From a virus, in the IMG/VR virus record IMGVR_UViG_3300029825_000007, positions 1-64,000 of that record: a stretch of 64,000 nucleotides of DNA. One strand, 5' to 3'. The position numbers were made by a program, and so were the translations under genes. The notes under the pieces were generated by a model. It saw only the letters and a list, made by a program, of their open reading frames with translations. It was not told where the DNA came from and made no database searches. Below, in pieces: positions 60,775 to 64,000 of this stretch; within the stretch, counting starts at the first letter, position 1; each line of letters begins with the position of its first letter.

Positions 60775-60788
60775 GCGATTTTTTCAGA
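60775..60788 (+). promoter_or_regulatory. Operator O3 gcgattttttcaga
   Basis: Just upstream of the leftward -35 and of the cI-like RBS. Confidence 0.5.
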
Positions 60789-60805
60789 ATTATTTAGGAG
60801 CGTAT

Positions 60806-61162
60806 ATGAGCATAAAAGAACGGATACAAGAACTATGTAGAAAGAACAATATATCTATGAATAAGCTAGAAGGTCAATTAGGGTTTGGAAAGGGATATAT
60901 AAGCAAATTAGGGGACGCAACCCCTAGTTCAGCTAAGTTACAGAAAATTGCAGACCACTTTAATGTTTCACTGGATTATATTATAAATGGAGAAGATTCA
61001 GATAAATATTCCGTAGAGGACGCCAAATTCAATGCCGCTGTAGCGAAAGACAAGCAGCTCCAAAGGATGCTACAGTATTTCGTGAAATTAGAACCTGCTA
61101 AAAAAGACATGGTCGAACAAATGTTGAAAGGCCTTTCTGAAAACGAGGAATCTCCTAAGTAA
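60806..61162 (+). CDS. cI-like repressor (XRE HTH + C-terminal domain)
   Basis: NNISMNKLEGQLGFGKGYISKL HTH; AGGAG RBS; divergent from the cro-like gene. Confidence 0.7.
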   Translation: MSIKERIQELCRKNNISMNKLEGQLGFGKGYISKLGDATPSSAKLQKIADHFNVSLDYIINGEDSDKYSVEDAKFNAAVAKDKQLQRMLQYFVKLEPAKKDMVEQMLKGLSENEESPK

Positions 61163-61236
61163 TTTCTGGAATACATCTTGCCATTTCTTCCATAAAAAGG
61201 TAAAATAGTATTAATATTACGAGGGAGGAAATAGGC

Positions 61237-61857
61237 ATGAGAAAAAAACTATTTATTATTCTTATGGCTGGAGCAATTAGTTTATCATTTAATGCTTGTG
61301 GAAACGAATCAAGAAATACGAGCACCAGTCAAGCAAGCACATCATCATCTACTGAAGAAACCGGGTTAAAAGCAGATAAGAACCTTCTGAGTGTGGAGGT
61401 TACTATCCCTGCAAATCTTATTGGGGACAATGAAACCGCACTAACCGAGGAATCTAAAGAAGCCGGAATTAAAGAGATTACTAAAAATGATGACGGTTCT
61501 ATCACTATGAAGATGACAAAAGATGCGCACAGAAAACTATTAGATGATTTGAAATCCAGTGTGGATGACACTATTAATGAAATGGTTACAGACAAGGAAA
61601 ACTATCCATCCTACGATAGTATCACCTACAATGATGATTTAACAGAATTTGATGTTAATGTAGATTCTTCTATATATGGGGGATTCGATTCTCTTGCTGC
61701 GGCTTTCACGTTTTATTTACAGGGGAACATATATCAGTCACTCAACGCTGTTTCTAGTGACAAAATAAAAACCATTGTGAACTTTATAGATAAGGATACT
61801 GGAGATATAATTGAAAGTGGGGATTCCTCTGCTTTAAATTCTGATGCGTCTGAATAA
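61237..61857 (+). CDS. Lipoprotein
   Basis: Signal peptide ending LSFNAC, then an S/T-rich linker. Confidence 0.55.
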   Translation: MRKKLFIILMAGAISLSFNACGNESRNTSTSQASTSSSTEETGLKADKNLLSVEVTIPANLIGDNETALTEESKEAGIKEITKNDDGSITMKMTKDAHRKLLDDLKSSVDDTINEMVTDKENYPSYDSITYNDDLTEFDVNVDSSIYGGFDSLAAAFTFYLQGNIYQSLNAVSSDKIKTIVNFIDKDTGDIIESGDSSALNSDASE

Positions 61858-61890
61858 TATTTTTCAACAAATAGAAAGTGAGATGAATTC

Positions 61891-62448
61891 ATGTACAAGA
61901 AACTCTTAACACTTATTTTAACGGCAACAATGATTATGCCGTTATCCTCTTGTGGAGAGGCTTCTAGTGTCGATATGGATACTACAAAGACAACTTCCGA
62001 AAATGTCACAGCAGAAGAAGAATCAAAAGCAACTACTAAAACCGAATTTTCCACAGGCGAAACATGGGAAGTTGAAGGACAATGGAGGGTAACTGTGAAC
62101 TCGGTTACTCCTACAGATGAAAGAAATGAGTTTTTCGATAAGGAGCCGGCTGCCGTATATGTGATTGAGTACACATATGAAAATCTGGGATATGAGGATG
62201 AATATGGACTTACTGATGGGCTGCTTGTTGATTTCGGTTCTGGTCAAATTGTTGATGCGGGGAAAACAATGGGATATGAATATCCAGGAGGCTTTACCAA
62301 CTACGCAGAACCAGTGCCTATCGGCGCGTCACATACCGCACAATCATACATTGGAGTAAACACGGCGGGTAATTTTACCGTTAAAATAACTGAATACGGC
62401 TCTGATAGCAAAAAACAATCTGCAACATTTATTTGTAATGTAGAATGA
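61891..62448 (+). CDS. Lipoprotein (DUF4352-like beta-sandwich)
   Basis: Signal peptide ending PLSSC; GETWEVEGQWRVTVNSV. Confidence 0.55.
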   Translation: MYKKLLTLILTATMIMPLSSCGEASSVDMDTTKTTSENVTAEEESKATTKTEFSTGETWEVEGQWRVTVNSVTPTDERNEFFDKEPAAVYVIEYTYENLGYEDEYGLTDGLLVDFGSGQIVDAGKTMGYEYPGGFTNYAEPVPIGASHTAQSYIGVNTAGNFTVKITEYGSDSKKQSATFICNVE

Positions 62449-62477
62449 TGTAAATTGGATAAAATGAGGGAATAATT

Positions 62478-62936
62478 ATGGCTAAAATAATTAAAATAAA
62501 TAACACATATGGCGTTGTTTCAATAGGCACGAATGACGGTGGCATTGATGAAGTGAGGATTAGCGATTTTCAGTTTGTGCCACAAATTGGAGACGAAGTA
62601 GAAATTTTTAAATCAGAAAATGAAGTCATTATCAATAAAATTGAGAAGAAAGCCAACGCTTCAGATGGTGGAATTAATATTAATGTCCAAAACACAAACG
62701 GAAACGCAAACCCAAGCCAATATACTCATGGGAAAGCCGTAAATAAAGTGGTTTATTGTGTTTTAACGTTCTTCTTGGGTGGCATCGGCGTTCACAAGTT
62801 TTACGCTGGGAAAATTGGGATGGGAATTTTATACCTCTTACTATGTTGGACTTGGGTTCCTGCATTCATTGCACTTATAGAGTTTATTATTGCCTTGACA
62901 AAGAAATCTGATGATAACGGAATGATAATTATTTAG
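62478..62936 (+). CDS. TM2-domain membrane protein
   Basis: FFLGGIGVHKFYAGKIGMGILYLLLCWTWVPAFIALIEF. Confidence 0.6.
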   Translation: MAKIIKINNTYGVVSIGTNDGGIDEVRISDFQFVPQIGDEVEIFKSENEVIINKIEKKANASDGGININVQNTNGNANPSQYTHGKAVNKVVYCVLTFFLGGIGVHKFYAGKIGMGILYLLLCWTWVPAFIALIEFIIALTKKSDDNGMIII

Positions 62937-63057
62937 GAATATGCGTTATAAAAAGGGTGACATATAGTCACTCTTTTCTTGTTTTACTCTATATAATCAC
63001 TTCTCTTTTTCCCAATTCTGTATTATAATAATAGCAATAGTTGAGGGAGGTAAGCAC

Positions 63058-63585
63058 ATGAACAACCATGGTGATAACATAACTGAAAGAGATTTATTCG
63101 AGAGGGAAGAAAAGGGCAAGGAAATACTCGACAACGGTCAAAGAGTGGTAATGAAATTTAAAACCAAATGGAAATATAGTATAGAGGTTACAAAAAATTC
63201 TATCAAATTAACATGTAAAGGTCTTTCCAGTCCGCTTAATGGAACAAGAACATTTAACATAAATCAAATCCTCACTGCGGAATACAAAGAGCCAAAAACT
63301 CTTTCAGACGGATGCATAAAGTTTGTGCTTGTGGGAAACGGCGAAAACCTCCGTAACCTCTGGGCATCCTCATATGACCCGAACGCAATTATATTTACAA
63401 AAAAAGAAGACAGATTAATGAGAGAATTAAAGGCGTTTGTTGATTACCAAATTGAAAAATCACCCCAGCAAGAAAGCAGCAATTCTAATCTTAATGACCT
63501 AGAAATGTTAAAACAGCTTACAGATAGGGGCATACTTACACAAGATGAATTCACAGCTAAGAAAAAACAAATTCTGGGATTATAA
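63058..63585 (+). CDS. PH-like (DUF4429-type) + SHOCT domain protein
   Basis: C-terminal LEMLKQLTDRGILTQDEFTAKKKQIL. Confidence 0.55.
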   Translation: MNNHGDNITERDLFEREEKGKEILDNGQRVVMKFKTKWKYSIEVTKNSIKLTCKGLSSPLNGTRTFNINQILTAEYKEPKTLSDGCIKFVLVGNGENLRNLWASSYDPNAIIFTKKEDRLMRELKAFVDYQIEKSPQQESSNSNLNDLEMLKQLTDRGILTQDEFTAKKKQILGL

Positions 63586-63602
63586 AAATAAATGTTTAAA
63601 GA

Positions 63603-63628
63603 GGGAACGATATATTCGCTCCCTTTTT
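63603..63628 (+). terminator. Rho-independent terminator ending the lysogeny operon
   Basis: gggaacg / cgctccc stem (1 mismatch), then ttttt. Confidence 0.5.
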
Positions 63629-63630
63629 AT

Positions 63631-63759
63631 TTACGGTTTTTCATATTCTACTATGTATATATAGTAGAATCTTAATTTTTGTAAAGGCATTCTGTCGATT
63701 AGTGCCTTTATCATTGCTCTGTAGTCCTCTTCTGTCAACTCCTGTTTTTCTTCTACCAT
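63631..63759 (-). CDS. Small hypothetical protein
   Basis: Start set at MVEEKQ. Confidence 0.3.
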   Translation of the reverse strand: MVEEKQELTEEDYRAMIKALIDRMPLQKLRFYYIYIVEYEKP

Positions 63760-64000
63760 TGTTCTTTGCACCCTCCATTTTCTCCGCACTCTGAAATTCC
63801 TTGCTCTTATTATAGAACATATGTTCGTATAATGCAAGAACATTTTAAGCGCACCCATTATTTATCTTTTTGCATAATGTTATAGTATCTTATAATCTTT
63901 ACAAATTTGTTAAATCTTTCCAAATGTCCCTAGTTTGGGACGCTATTTATAATCTGATTCATAGAGATCACTGATTGATACTTTTAACCCCTTTGCCAGA

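Larger units (their letters stand above)
1..64000. mobile_element. Temperate siphovirus-type phage genome, seen with intact attP (not split at the integration site); true ends not visible in window
   Basis: Complete lysis, tail, head, packaging, replication/recombination, integrase and repressor-switch modules; very high coding density; GGAGG-type RBSs. Confidence 0.85.

Overview
The window is one gene-dense genome of a temperate siphovirus-type phage from a low-GC Gram-positive host (GGAGG ribosome-binding sites, LL-H-like holin, phi13-like major tail protein). All calls rest on motif recognition by eye; no searches or folding programs were run. Minus strand, 0.4-29.2 kb holds the late genes: endolysin, holin, tail fibre genes, tail tip, tape measure, chaperones with a -1 frameshift, major tail, connectors, capsid, scaffold, portal, terL and terS. 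terS and terL are separated by about 4.1 kb carrying a small serine recombinase, an HTH gene, tRNA genes and a 1.36 kb ORF-free structured region. Plus strand, 30.1-38.1 kb is an accessory block of small, mostly acidic proteins driven by repeated promoter/operator units, including a Csx16-like domain protein and paralogous AP2/zinc-ribbon proteins. attP (38.38-38.55 kb, with a tRNA 3-prime fragment and GATACC arm repeats) lies next to a tyrosine integrase. It has phage genes on both sides, so the phage is seen in its excised or circular form. Minus strand, 39.8-60.6 kb is the early operon: primase-helicase, replisome organizer, nuclease, dUTPase, MazG, two DNA methyltransferases, Rad50-like ATPase, RecT, MBL nuclease, SSB and antirepressor. 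A face-to-face promoter switch at 60.6-60.8 kb precedes a cI-like repressor and membrane or lipoprotein genes. The strongest finding is a shufflon-like locus at 3.8-6.8 kb inside the tail module. A Xer-type tyrosine recombinase and an RHH gene sit beside four copies of an in-frame core, GCC GAT TTA, each followed by a different C-terminal fibre cassette. Other leads:
- an ORF-free RNA region with one tRNA-Asn and two aberrant tRNA-like genes;
- three early genes interrupted by single in-frame stops;
- a conserved hairpin element enclosing the stop codons of both the capsid and the major tail genes;
- a GC-rich structured island upstream of terS.
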